Shown piece after piece: positions 50,685-60,564 of a DNA stretch of 64,000 bases. This DNA comes from Candidatus Poribacteria bacterium (GTDB taxonomy: Bacteria > Poribacteria > WGA-4E > WGA-3G), in assembly GCA_965232545.1 (NCBI GenBank), contig OZ246979.1:5734077-5798076 (forward strand), read 5' to 3'. The position numbers and the translations under genes were made by a program. How positions within the stretch are numbered: the first letter of the stretch is position 1; each line of letters begins with the position of its first letter. A model generated the notes under the pieces. The model made no database searches, was not told where the DNA came from, and was given only the letters and a program-made list of their open reading frames with translations.

Positions 50685-50966
50685 GGTAGTATTTTCACTA
50701 TTGGAGTAGCTATTGGATGAACTTTTTTTCAGGGTGTTTTTAATTCCAAACGTAGCATAACATCAAGTTCAGCGTGCTATTAAGTATATAGCATTGCGAA
50801 TTTATTGTCAAGTTTAAATTTTTTAGAGGAATATGGTGTTTTAGGTGAGGCTCTCCGTTCTTTTGTAGAGCGGAAACGGATGAAAAACGCGGTTAATATT
50901 GCCCTTGAACCCTCTCCAGTCTAAAGACTGGAGATTCCTTTTGTTCCTCGTGGGAACATTCTCCGC

Positions 50967-51584
50967 TCAAGCGGAACAACATCGGACTTCTAAGCGAATA
51001 CCGACGGGCGATGCCATAGTCGCCGCTACTGGGACACCTAAGTGTCCAAGATACTTTTGTCTTATATTGATTGCGCCTACACCATCGCGATGATATGTAA
51101 AGCCACATTTACAGGTGTAGTTACGATTAGTAGGCTTCTTTCTATTGCCACAATGCGGACAAGTCTGCGAAGTGTAAGACTCATCAATCACTTCCACTTT
51201 GATACCTAAAGTCCTGGCTTTGTAGGTGATGAGTTGTGTGATTTTACCAAATGCCCACTGGTGTAACTTTTGATTCGCATGCTTGCCATAGTTGATATTT
51301 TCACGAATGCCAGTTAAATCGCCAAGCACAATGGTGCCAATACCACGCGATTCACACAACTTTACAAACTTTGTAGTGTGTTTGTGTAAGCCGTCCATTA
51401 TCTGGTTATCAATCTTTTTGATGCGTTTCCATTTGCGTTTCACCAGATGCCACCAGCGTTGAGAATGACGTTCGCACCTATCTATTTTCTTGCCAAATGA
51501 CGCGATTACCTTATGCCTCAACCGGTATAGACTTCTAATATACCGCCCATTAAAGATGTTAGTAATCACACCATCATGACTCAC
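50967..51584 (-). pseudogene. tnpB: N-terminally truncated TnpB (IS200/IS605 OrfB) remnant
   Basis: Retains RuvC-II IVLGDLTGIRE, zinc finger CPHCG...CKCG and RuvC-III HRDGVGAINIR, but lacks the RuvC-I region. Downstream hairpin CTCCAGTC-taaa-GACTGGAG at 50915-50934. Confidence 0.65.
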
Positions 51585-51848
51585 TTTTTTTTAGAAATTT
51601 GACGAATGACAAAATTTGTGTTATTATATATAGAAAATAGAGCGAATTTTGCTGTTAGAACACGCTCTGTGTAAGAGGGAGCAACCTAACGCTCCTCTTG
51701 AATTGCTAAATTCTTAATTTGGATACACCTTGATTGTAGTAATCTTATGAGGGAAAGCGGGGTTGCTAACTTCGTTTTAGTGTTTCATTTTTTTAATAGC
51801 AGTTTTCAAAATTTGACGTTTACGTCGAAATCGAAGAGGGAAAATTAT

Positions 51849-54542
51849 ATGTATTACAGTAAATATCTCAAACCGATCATCTTCGCACTCAGTATCTTTG
51901 TAGTTATTGCGATGTGTACGTTTACAACGGTCATTGCACAGGAAGAAGCCAGCGATGCGGAGGAAACAGAAGCCACCGCGGACGAGGCTGAAGCATCTGA
52001 AGAAGCATCTGAGGCGGATGCGCCTGTGAGACTTGAGAGTCTTGTCGTGGTGGGATCGCGTTCCCAACCGCGCTCCGTCTTGGATTCAGCGGTCCCGATC
52101 GATATTGTGTCAAACGAATCCTTTCAAAAACAGGGTGGCGCAGATCTACCGGATTTATTGAGAGCTTTGGTGCCGTCTTATAACATCAATACACAGCCGA
52201 TTAGCGATGCGTCAACAGTGGTCCGTCCGGCGAATTTACGGGGACTTGCCCCAGACCATACATTGGTGTTGGTCAACAACAAGCGGCGACACCGTGCCGC
52301 AGTGATTCACTGGCTCGGGAACGGTCTGTCTGATGGTTCACAGGGACCTGACCTGGCACCGATTCCCGCAATTGCGCTGCGACAGGTGGAGATCCTCCGT
52401 GATGGCGCATCCGCACAATACGGTTCTGATGCCATTGCCGGCGTGATGAACTTTCAGCTGAAAGACAACCACGAAGGCGGTTCGTTTGAATTCAAACCCG
52501 GTATCTACCAATACGGCGATGGTCGACAATTTGCTGTCGCAGGGAATATCGGTTTAGGGAATCCAGACGCGTGGAGTAGCCTCAGCTTTGAATACGGTGG
52601 TGCAGATCCGACCATCCGGTCTGTCCAACGTAATGATGCCATAGCCATGATTAACGCAGGCAATTTTAGTGTGAAAGACCCGGCGCAAATTTGGGGACAA
52701 CCGATTATAGAGAATGACATCAAATTGTTTGCCAACTACGGTGCCACCCTCACAGATACCATCAATTTCTATGGACATGCCAACTACGCCCGAAAGCGGG
52801 TTGAAGGCGGATTCTATTTCCGTAACCCGAATACCCGCGGCGGTGTGTTTAGTACGACCGGTGGCGATACGTTGCTCGTCGGGGATATGCGGGGTTTGAC
52901 AGCAGAAATGGCGGATTGGGAAACCCGAAAAGCGGCAGCAGAGGCTGCTGGGCAGGAGTTTACTGAACTGTCACCTCACGATGCTGACGATATTCCGATA
53001 ACCAATCACGTCCCTGATCCCGAACGTTTGCAAGCCGTCAAGAGTGACCCGAATCTATTCACATTCCAAGAGATGTTCCCAGGCGGATTCACACCCAGAT
53101 TTGGGGCATTCATGTGGGATAGTTCCGTCGTCGTTGGTGTTAAAGGCACCGCGCTCAAAGACACATTGGGTAAGGACTTAACGTGGGATCTGAGTGGTTC
53201 TTTTGGACGGAACCATGCTGATTTCTTTATCTTCAACACCGTTAATGCTTCGCTCGGACCAGACACACCGACATATTTTGATCCGGGCGACTATATCCAG
53301 ACGGATTATAACCTCAACTTCGATGTAACCTATCCGCTCAGCGACATGGTGTTCCTCGCTTCTGGTTTGGAATATCGGGACGAAGGATTTGAAATCATAG
53401 AGGGCGAACGCGAGTCGCATCAGATCGGCCCCCTCGCAGCGCAAGGCTTTACGGCTGCCTCCAACGGATTTTCGGGGTTCAGTCCAGTTGCGGCAGGCAA
53501 GTGGCACCGTTACAACGTTGCCGCATATCTGGAGACTGAAATCAGACCGATTGATCCGCTCCTGATCGCACTGGCTGTGCGCGGTGAACAATTTGAGCTT
53601 TTCGGTGGTGCCCTGAACTACAAAGTCGCTGCAAACTACAAGGTTACGGAAACGATGCGGTTGCGGGGAAGTTATAGTACCGGGTTCCGCGCTCCCACAC
53701 CCGGGCAGCAAAATACGTTCAACATTACCACTGAATACGATTTTGCGAAGGGGGATCTCGTTAATAAAGGAACAATTCCTTCCACCAACCCTGCTGTCGA
53801 TGTTGTGACAGGTAAGGAAGATAACTCGCTTGACCCGGAAACATCAAATAACTTCTCAGGTGGATTTACCGTTGATATTTTGGGCGTAAATGTCACGATG
53901 GACTTTTTTGATGTTCGGTTGAAAAACCGGTTATCGGTGTCACAACACTTTACATTGACTGACGGACAGAAGGCAGATCTCATCGCCGCAGGTGTAACCA
54001 GTGCAGCGAATCTGGAAACATTCCAGTTCTTTATCAATGACTTCGCTACTACAACCAATGGTATTGACTTTGTCGTTACAGCACCAATACCCAACGGAAA
54101 CCTCATCGCCGTGTATAACTTCACGAACACCACAGTTACCGATCACAATCCGGACACGCTGGACGATCATCGAATCAGGGAACTGCAAGAGAATTTACCC
54201 GCACACCGCGCCAGCGCGACTGTTATTCAATCCATAACGGACATGTGGTCGGTCCTCGGGCGCGCCAGTTATTTCAGTGGTTGGTTCGATTCTGAAGATT
54301 TCTTACAGAATCCAGATGTGCCAGGCACTGGAGAATACACTGGAAGGGTTATTTTCGACTTAGAAACCACTTACACCGTCGGGTCGGGAATCGCTCTCAC
54401 GCTCGGTGGAAGAAATATCCTTAATACCTTTCCCGATGAAAATCCGAATGGTGCTGATTCTGTCGGTAACAAATACGGACAGTTCAGTCCGTTCGGTTTT
54501 GATGGGGCGTACTGGTATGCCAAAGTCGGATACCAATTCTAA
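51849..54542 (+). CDS. TonB-dependent outer-membrane receptor
   Basis: Signal peptide, plug domain, long beta-barrel, and a C-terminal aromatic residue (...AKVGYQF). Start MYYSKYLK at 51849. Confidence 0.8.
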   Translation: MYYSKYLKPIIFALSIFVVIAMCTFTTVIAQEEASDAEETEATADEAEASEEASEADAPVRLESLVVVGSRSQPRSVLDSAVPIDIVSNESFQKQGGADLPDLLRALVPSYNINTQPISDASTVVRPANLRGLAPDHTLVLVNNKRRHRAAVIHWLGNGLSDGSQGPDLAPIPAIALRQVEILRDGASAQYGSDAIAGVMNFQLKDNHEGGSFEFKPGIYQYGDGRQFAVAGNIGLGNPDAWSSLSFEYGGADPTIRSVQRNDAIAMINAGNFSVKDPAQIWGQPIIENDIKLFANYGATLTDTINFYGHANYARKRVEGGFYFRNPNTRGGVFSTTGGDTLLVGDMRGLTAEMADWETRKAAAEAAGQEFTELSPHDADDIPITNHVPDPERLQAVKSDPNLFTFQEMFPGGFTPRFGAFMWDSSVVVGVKGTALKDTLGKDLTWDLSGSFGRNHADFFIFNTVNASLGPDTPTYFDPGDYIQTDYNLNFDVTYPLSDMVFLASGLEYRDEGFEIIEGERESHQIGPLAAQGFTAASNGFSGFSPVAAGKWHRYNVAAYLETEIRPIDPLLIALAVRGEQFELFGGALNYKVAANYKVTETMRLRGSYSTGFRAPTPGQQNTFNITTEYDFAKGDLVNKGTIPSTNPAVDVVTGKEDNSLDPETSNNFSGGFTVDILGVNVTMDFFDVRLKNRLSVSQHFTLTDGQKADLIAAGVTSAANLETFQFFINDFATTTNGIDFVVTAPIPNGNLIAVYNFTNTTVTDHNPDTLDDHRIRELQENLPAHRASATVIQSITDMWSVLGRASYFSGWFDSEDFLQNPDVPGTGEYTGRVIFDLETTYTVGSGIALTLGGRNILNTFPDENPNGADSVGNKYGQFSPFGFDGAYWYAKVGYQF

Positions 54543-54582
54543 ACCTGTCTCGTGAAAAGTGCTGAATATGCTTTTCGTAAAA

Positions 54583-54612
54583 GGCGCGGTTCCAACCGCG
54601 CCTTTTCAATTT
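54583..54612 (+). terminator. Intrinsic terminator after the TonB-dependent receptor gene
   Basis: GGCGCGGTT-cc-AACCGCGCC followed by TTTTCAATTT. The stem matches the REP-like family. Confidence 0.65.
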
Positions 54613-54699
54613 GTTTAAGCGTAGAAAATCGTGTATGCGAGTCGCTACTTCCGTAGCCGTGCTATGTCTATGGAAAGGGATCTTCATTCACCTTGAATC

Positions 54700-56135
54700 A
54701 GCTTAAATTTATCAATCTTCCGTCAAAACCCCATGCTTTAGCTTGGGGATGTAGACGGCGTATGAGTTTGTCGTTGAAAAAAGATTTGACATTTCGTGAA
54801 AAATGTCGTATAATTGATAGTATCAAGTTGGCAGACAGTTGAAGCGTAATCGCAAGGTTACGTGTCTGCCTACCCACTTCAACGGGGTTAAAGACTTGAT
54901 ACTTGATAGTCCATGAAAACCTATAAATACCCATTAGGGAAACAATCTAATACGATCCGCATTGGCAATCTGCTTGACGACATGTGGCAAGTTCATGAGT
55001 ATTTCCACAAGTGGCAAGACCAAAGATACAAAGACGGCTTGCCGTATGCGAACTATAACGCCATGTCTGCTCACGTGAAAACGTTGAAACGCACCACACA
55101 CCCACATTGGAAGGCGTTGCCAAGCCAAGCGATTCAAGCAGAACTCGAACGTATTGATAATGCGTATCAAAGGTTCTTTGATAAACTCGGTGGCAAGCCC
55201 CATATTAAAGCCCGCCATAAGTTTAAGTCTATCACACTTAAACAAACTGGATATAAACTGACGAATAATCGTATTACGCTCACATTTCGTCAATGGGCTA
55301 AGGGTAAGTGGAGGTTTGATAAAGTGCCATATACTTTCCATAAACACCGGCAATGGCATGGAACTATCAGTCGTATCACGATTAAGCGAGATAACTGCGG
55401 TGATTATTGGATTTGCATAACAACCACCTACACAGATTTCAAACTGCTGCCAGCAACAGGTAAAAGCGTTGGGGCAGACTTCGGTATGAAAGACGCGTAC
55501 TTGACACTTAGCACGGGTAAGAAGAAACAACACCCACAACCCTTGAAACAGTCCTTGAACAAACTTCGGTCTCTCAACAAAGACCTTTCTCGTAAAGTGA
55601 AAGGTTCTAACGGTTGGTGGCGGTGTGTGAGCCAAATCGCCCGTCTGTATCGGAAAATAAGCAACCAACGCAAAGATTTCCATTGGCAACTCGCCTCTGA
55701 ACTTTGTAAGAAGTTTGATACGATTGCGATTGAAACGCTGAACCTTGACGGTATGAAACGCTTGTGGGGACGTAAAGTCTCCGACCTTGCGTTCTATCAG
55801 TTTGTTGAGATATTGAAGTATAAGTGTCAAAAACATAAGCGTCTTTTGAAGCAAGTCGGTCCATGGACGGCGACAACGAAACCGTGTAGTGAGTGTGGTT
55901 TTCATAACGAAACGCTAACTTTGGACGATAGGCAGTGGACGTGTCCTGACTGTGGTTCACACCACGATAGAGACATCAACGCTGCGATAAACATATTGCG
56001 GGCAGGGATAGCCATCACTTGACGATATGCCTTGTCTCTGACAAGGGAAATGCCCGCAGGTGGAGCGACAGTTAGACGGTGGACTCTCCGAGAAAACCGC
56101 AGTTGCGACGAAGCCGAAGCCCCTGCCTTTAGGTA
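54700..56135 (+). mobile_element. IS200/IS605-family tnpB-only element (IS1341-like)
   Basis: Left-end hairpin CCCCATGCTTTAGCTTGGGG at 54729-54748, which is the reverse complement of the IsrB-element end hairpin. Consensus promoter TTGACA-17-TATAAT at 54785-54813. Right-end hairpin CCTTGTC-tct-GACAAGG at 56030-56046. Confidence 0.7.
54913..56022 (+). CDS. tnpB: TnpB (RNA-guided RuvC-like endonuclease, IS200/IS605 OrfB)
   Basis: RuvC-I GADFGM, RuvC-II IAIETLNLDGMKR, zinc finger CSECG..CPDCG, RuvC-III HDRDINAAINI. Confidence 0.85.
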   Translation: MKTYKYPLGKQSNTIRIGNLLDDMWQVHEYFHKWQDQRYKDGLPYANYNAMSAHVKTLKRTTHPHWKALPSQAIQAELERIDNAYQRFFDKLGGKPHIKARHKFKSITLKQTGYKLTNNRITLTFRQWAKGKWRFDKVPYTFHKHRQWHGTISRITIKRDNCGDYWICITTTYTDFKLLPATGKSVGADFGMKDAYLTLSTGKKKQHPQPLKQSLNKLRSLNKDLSRKVKGSNGWWRCVSQIARLYRKISNQRKDFHWQLASELCKKFDTIAIETLNLDGMKRLWGRKVSDLAFYQFVEILKYKCQKHKRLLKQVGPWTATTKPCSECGFHNETLTLDDRQWTCPDCGSHHDRDINAAINILRAGIAIT

Positions 56136-56851
56136 GTGGGTGCTATCACTGTGATCATACCAACGTCTGCCGTTGTGAATTCCGCGGAGTCGCTGATACG
56201 GATCATAATCGCGAATAATCTGGAAGAACCGATCCCAAATGGATAGTAGACGGGTTCGTTTTTGTTGTAAGAGTAATCTTTTGGAAAAATGCACATCCGC
56301 ATCTTGTTAAAGGGCGCATCAGCAAGGGTTTCGAGCGTCTGTTTTTCCATCGCTTCCCCTTGATGTGCCCAAGCATAACACGTCGTTCCGAATTGATGGT
56401 AGGGTGTATCGTCGGCATAGCGGAGATAGAACTCTTTATAGACGCGGACAGGTCCGTGATTTCCATCGGACGGTGCAACGCACGTAAACTGCCCTGTCTT
56501 ACCGTTAAGTTCAGCGGTGTTACTTTTTGTGATATACGTCCATTCGCCGACTGCGTCGGGCATAAACCGGATTTTGTAAACACCGTCTCCGTCGTAGAAA
56601 CCCTGCGGCTCGAACGTCTGTCCTTCGTTTGTATCACGGTGTTTAAATTCTGCTGTTAATTCAACCTCAGTGAACGGATTTCCTGTGTCCGGTCCACTCA
56701 GAGTTACTTCATATACTCCCCAGCGTTCAACCATATTCACCTCCGATTTTGGTGCATTTTGCGGGTTTCCAAAACTTGTTGTTAAAAAGTGTGTATTTAC
56801 GAGCGAAAACGCAACCGCAAAAACCACTATTGTCAAAATTTTTCTTATCAT
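56129..56851 (-). pseudogene. DUF5060/DUF4038-type glycoside-hydrolase-like gene, frameshifted and 3'-truncated by the tnpB element
   Basis: N-terminal DUF5060 signature [11 protein letters not shown]...[15 protein letters not shown]. After ...[15 protein letters not shown] the homologous sequence continues in another frame ([28 protein letters not shown] 55902-56294) and then runs into the IS right end. Confidence 0.5.
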
Positions 56852-56884
56852 TAAAAATCTCCATAAATGAAAACTTTGGGGTGG

Positions 56885-57961
56885 CTATGGAGGACTTATA
56901 CACCAGTCTGCCCGTTCCTTGAACTCCGCCTGATAGTCGGAACGCCACTTGGAGATACTCGACCCACCGGGTCCATCAACATAGTGATTAGTGTTCTTGA
57001 CTCGTTTGAATTGTCCGCCCCAACTTTCTTGGGTGGGGTCATCGGGATCGTTCAACCCGCGGTTGGCACTCACCAGCCACAGAAATGAAGGCGAATCCCC
57101 TTCACAGACTCCAGTGCATCCCATCCCTTCATGCGGATACACATCGCAGAGCGGTCCGTGGTTATTGCGAATGTGCTCATTGACCCAGGCGAGGTCTGAA
57201 ATCGGATCACGTCCGCCGAACATACCTTGATAAGTCTTTTGCGAGTGAATGATGAACAACTTTGGAAAATTATCGCGTAACCAACCAATCGTGCCGTCTT
57301 GGGTCGCAATTTGATGGATACGCAATTTGCTTAAAAACGCTTCCAGATCGGCAGCACTGCGCGTATTCTGGACCTTCCACACCGCTTGTGCTACAACGCT
57401 GCAATCGCCCCAGATGCCAATATAGATCGGACGAGGATCGGGCTTGTCCACGATGCTGATGATTGCTTCCGAAGCCTCACTGTTTTTGCCTTCGCCAATA
57501 TTGACAGTGCCCTTTTTGCCCCAGGTGCCGCTACGCCCCTGAAAAGTAACCGAACGCAGAGCGTCCGAGGTCGGATACAAGGTATCATGTTTTTTTAGAT
57601 TCTCATATACCATTTCATAGCGATCAATCACATCCAGTATGTTCTGTTTCTTAGCTATGTTGGCAAAGGTGCCCGCCGAAGCTACCAGTGCTTCTATGTC
57701 AAACTCATTGGCATACAATAGGAATCGAACTATCGACTGCATATCATCTGGATCACTCTTTTGATCGTTGGGCACATTTCCACCCTTGACAACGCCAATC
57801 GGTGGAAAATCCGAAATCATGATGACACGCAATCTATTCGTTGACTGGTTCTCACTTTCTTTGCGCTCCATATTCGTCTCCTGTGCAAAAGGGATGGCAG
57901 TAAATAGTAGCAGGATTATTACTGTGAAATAGAGTTTGAAATTCTTCATTTCTCTCAACAT
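56885..57961 (-). CDS. DUF1593 domain protein (nucleoside-hydrolase-like secreted protein)
   Basis: RFLLYANEFDIEAL, HGPLCDVYP, EGDSPSFLWL and ADWC blocks are characteristic of DUF1593. Has a signal peptide. Confidence 0.65.
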   Translation of the reverse strand: MLREMKNFKLYFTVIILLLFTAIPFAQETNMERKESENQSTNRLRVIMISDFPPIGVVKGGNVPNDQKSDPDDMQSIVRFLLYANEFDIEALVASAGTFANIAKKQNILDVIDRYEMVYENLKKHDTLYPTSDALRSVTFQGRSGTWGKKGTVNIGEGKNSEASEAIISIVDKPDPRPIYIGIWGDCSVVAQAVWKVQNTRSAADLEAFLSKLRIHQIATQDGTIGWLRDNFPKLFIIHSQKTYQGMFGGRDPISDLAWVNEHIRNNHGPLCDVYPHEGMGCTGVCEGDSPSFLWLVSANRGLNDPDDPTQESWGGQFKRVKNTNHYVDGPGGSSISKWRSDYQAEFKERADWCISPP

Positions 57962-58140
57962 CGGTTGATCTCCTTAATGCGATATTTGATCCCGACTACT
58001 TTTTTGATACACCGCTTCCACCGACGGCTAAGCATATACTCACCGAAGCCCCCGATGTGCTGAAAAGTTCCATTGGAGAATTGGCTCCTAAAGGGTTGCA
58101 AGCGTCGATAAAAACGTGAGTTCGATAAAAAAAGAGGAGA

Positions 58141-59091
58141 CTATTGTCTTTTCGGTGGTTTAATCATCAGACCTTCAATAATACGGACGAACTCGCTATC
58201 TGACAACCGAACTTCCAGATAAGAACGGAAACCCGGTTTCATCTCCCATTCATACCCATTCGATAACCTCCCTTTACCATCTGTAACTTCGGTGAAATAG
58301 TCGCTGAGACCGCGCACACCGTATAAAACAGCGATCTGGTCCCAACTGGAGCGTCCCTTATATTGACCGTTGAACCGCCGATAGAACGCTTCCCGTACCG
58401 GATTCTCAGTAGCCGTCTCTCCAAGTCTCGCCCCAGTATATACAGACTCACCATGCTGACTGATAACAAGGGGTGTCGGCCAATTGTCGATAACATACTC
58501 CGATGTATCAATCAGGTCGTGGCGCACCGTGTTGTAAGGGTCATCGATAAGTAACGCCATCACCACAAGTTCGGTAACCTTTTCAGCAACAAGGTCGGGA
58601 TTCGCTTTCAGAACATCGTAGAGATTGTTGAGGAATCCGACGCTGATGATTGTCACGGAGTTATCCGGTTGTTCACTCAGTACCTGTTGATAAAGTTCCA
58701 AGGAGCTGGGCGTTGGAGAGGTCGGGAGATCGTGCGCAAAATTAGCCGCGATACTCTCCAGATAACTCGATTCATCGGGATCGGCGAGGTCACCTTTATA
58801 GATACCGATGGGAATATCACCTCGGTTATACCATGTATTTATCGCACAAATAGTGCCAGCACCGCTTGGGTGGACTTCGTTGTAACTGATACCGAGGATT
58901 TCAACCTCTCCGTCATCTGCAAGCGCGTGTAGCACAGCAAGTGCCCCGACATCATCCACGTCGGTACACATATCAGTCTCAAATATGACCCGTTTGGGGT
59001 TCGTTTTTTCAGCATCTTCTGCCAGCAAATTGGAGGGTGTCATTGTCATAATAAAAAACGTCAATATTGTCACAAGATACAATACTTTCAA
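58141..59091 (-). CDS. Nucleoside hydrolase (IUNH family)
   Basis: N-terminal DTDMCTDVDDVGAL aspartate cluster, signal peptide. Confidence 0.75.
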   Translation of the reverse strand: MKVLYLVTILTFFIMTMTPSNLLAEDAEKTNPKRVIFETDMCTDVDDVGALAVLHALADDGEVEILGISYNEVHPSGAGTICAINTWYNRGDIPIGIYKGDLADPDESSYLESIAANFAHDLPTSPTPSSLELYQQVLSEQPDNSVTIISVGFLNNLYDVLKANPDLVAEKVTELVVMALLIDDPYNTVRHDLIDTSEYVIDNWPTPLVISQHGESVYTGARLGETATENPVREAFYRRFNGQYKGRSSWDQIAVLYGVRGLSDYFTEVTDGKGRLSNGYEWEMKPGFRSYLEVRLSDSEFVRIIEGLMIKPPKRQ

Positions 59092-59130
59092 GTTTCACTC
59101 CCAATAGAAAAGAAAGACTGAACACTGCAT

Positions 59131-60168
59131 TTACATCTTCGCACTGTCGGTCTCCCGAAAAAAAGTCTCTTTCTTACTGAAATGCCGCCATCTCTCAATA
59201 ATTTCGCTGTAAAGTTCGGGTTCATCTTCGTCGTGAATGCGTTCGCGAGCCTCAAGCCAACCAACAATGCGACGCACACCCTCAACGAACGGAATCGTAT
59301 AGCGGAAATTCAGGTCTGCTTTCGCAGCGGCGTTATCAAAAATATTGTTGTACTGGAAATTCTCCCGACACCATTCGGCTGCCTTCGGCGCGATCTCAAA
59401 TAGCATATCGGTTGGAATGTGAATGAGTTCAGGTTCTGGCGCGTTCATCGCTTGTGCAACCGCCTGATGGTACTGATTCCAAGTCATGGGTTCTTCGCTC
59501 GCCGTGTGGTAACCTTTGCCGAACGTGTTTTCGTTGCCGACCGCTTCAGCAAACGCCTGTCCTACATCGTCACGGTGGCACGCCGCCCAGAGAGAAGAAC
59601 CATCGCCGTGCGTAAGAATCGGCTTCCCGAGACGGATACGATGGAAGTAGTACGCACCGCCAAGCCCGAACGAATGAATCAGTCCTCGTCCCTCACCGTA
59701 AGTGTGGGCAGGTCGGATAATCGTGACTGGAAAATCACCGCGCTCGTGCGCCGCCTCCAAAAGTCGCTCACACTTTGCCTTGTTGTAGGCGTAGGGAAAA
59801 GATGGCATCGGTTGCCGTTCTGCATCCTCACGAATAGGGTAGCACTGCGCCGGTTTCGTATAAACATCGACCGTGCTACAGAAGATAAATTGTCCGATAC
59901 TCCCGCGAAACGCCCGTATCGCACTCTCAATATCAGCAGGAACGAAACCGATCATGTCAATGACAGCATCGAAATTCCCGACTTCTGCCATCTGTGCTTC
60001 AAACGCGGCGTAGTCTTTCCGATTGCCAGTAAGAGTGTTATATCCTTCTGGAATATCTGCCTCAGTCTGTCCACGGTTGTAGAGCGTCACATCGTCCCCA
60101 CGTGCAACGAGAGCGCGAGTAATCGCCGTGCTAATCAGACCCGTGCCACCAATAATCAAAACCCGCAT
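59131..60168 (-). CDS. NAD-dependent epimerase/dehydratase family protein
   Basis: Start MRVLIIGGTGLISTAI (GxxGxxG) at 60168, with GGAGGT 5 nt upstream. The 94-codon N-terminal extension in the ORF track is rejected. Confidence 0.75.
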   Translation of the reverse strand: MRVLIIGGTGLISTAITRALVARGDDVTLYNRGQTEADIPEGYNTLTGNRKDYAAFEAQMAEVGNFDAVIDMIGFVPADIESAIRAFRGSIGQFIFCSTVDVYTKPAQCYPIREDAERQPMPSFPYAYNKAKCERLLEAAHERGDFPVTIIRPAHTYGEGRGLIHSFGLGGAYYFHRIRLGKPILTHGDGSSLWAACHRDDVGQAFAEAVGNENTFGKGYHTASEEPMTWNQYHQAVAQAMNAPEPELIHIPTDMLFEIAPKAAEWCRENFQYNNIFDNAAAKADLNFRYTIPFVEGVRRIVGWLEARERIHDEDEPELYSEIIERWRHFSKKETFFRETDSAKM

Positions 60169-60564
60169 GCATACCTCCAATCCGTGTAAAAAATGATATT
60201 CTCTCTCACCCCCAAGTATACTTGGAAAATCAATGGATGTCAAGAACTTCCATTTTTGCACGTATGGGCAAAAAACATATACAAAGATAGGAGGACACAT
60301 GTATATCATTGCAGCAACGACATCGTTGGGTGTACCACTGATCCGTTCGAGTCGAAGCGCGAGTCTCTCCTTCAAAATACTGGAACGCTTCAAAACAGTG
60401 AGTTTGTGAGAGTAGCATAGCACCAAACTATAATTTGTGATACAATACATCTATGCTTTCGGTACATGTGTACTGCGTGGCAATGCGGCTTATGACACAC
60501 ATGAAATGCCTGAGTTAATTCACGTTAATTGGGATATATTACAAATGCGAAACAGGAGAAGCCC

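Noticed and set aside
50967-56022. Composite transposon formed by the two tnpB copies around the TonB-dependent receptor
   Set aside because: The two TnpB sequences belong to clearly different subfamilies, one is a 5'-deleted remnant, and IS200/IS605 elements do not form classical composite transposons.
55902-56294. 130-aa minus-strand ORF overlapping the tnpB 3' end
   Set aside because: Only its first roughly 45 codons ([25 protein letters not shown]) look like genuine DUF4038-type sequence. The rest is read-through into the IS right end. Treated as the shifted frame of the disrupted pseudogene, not as a gene.
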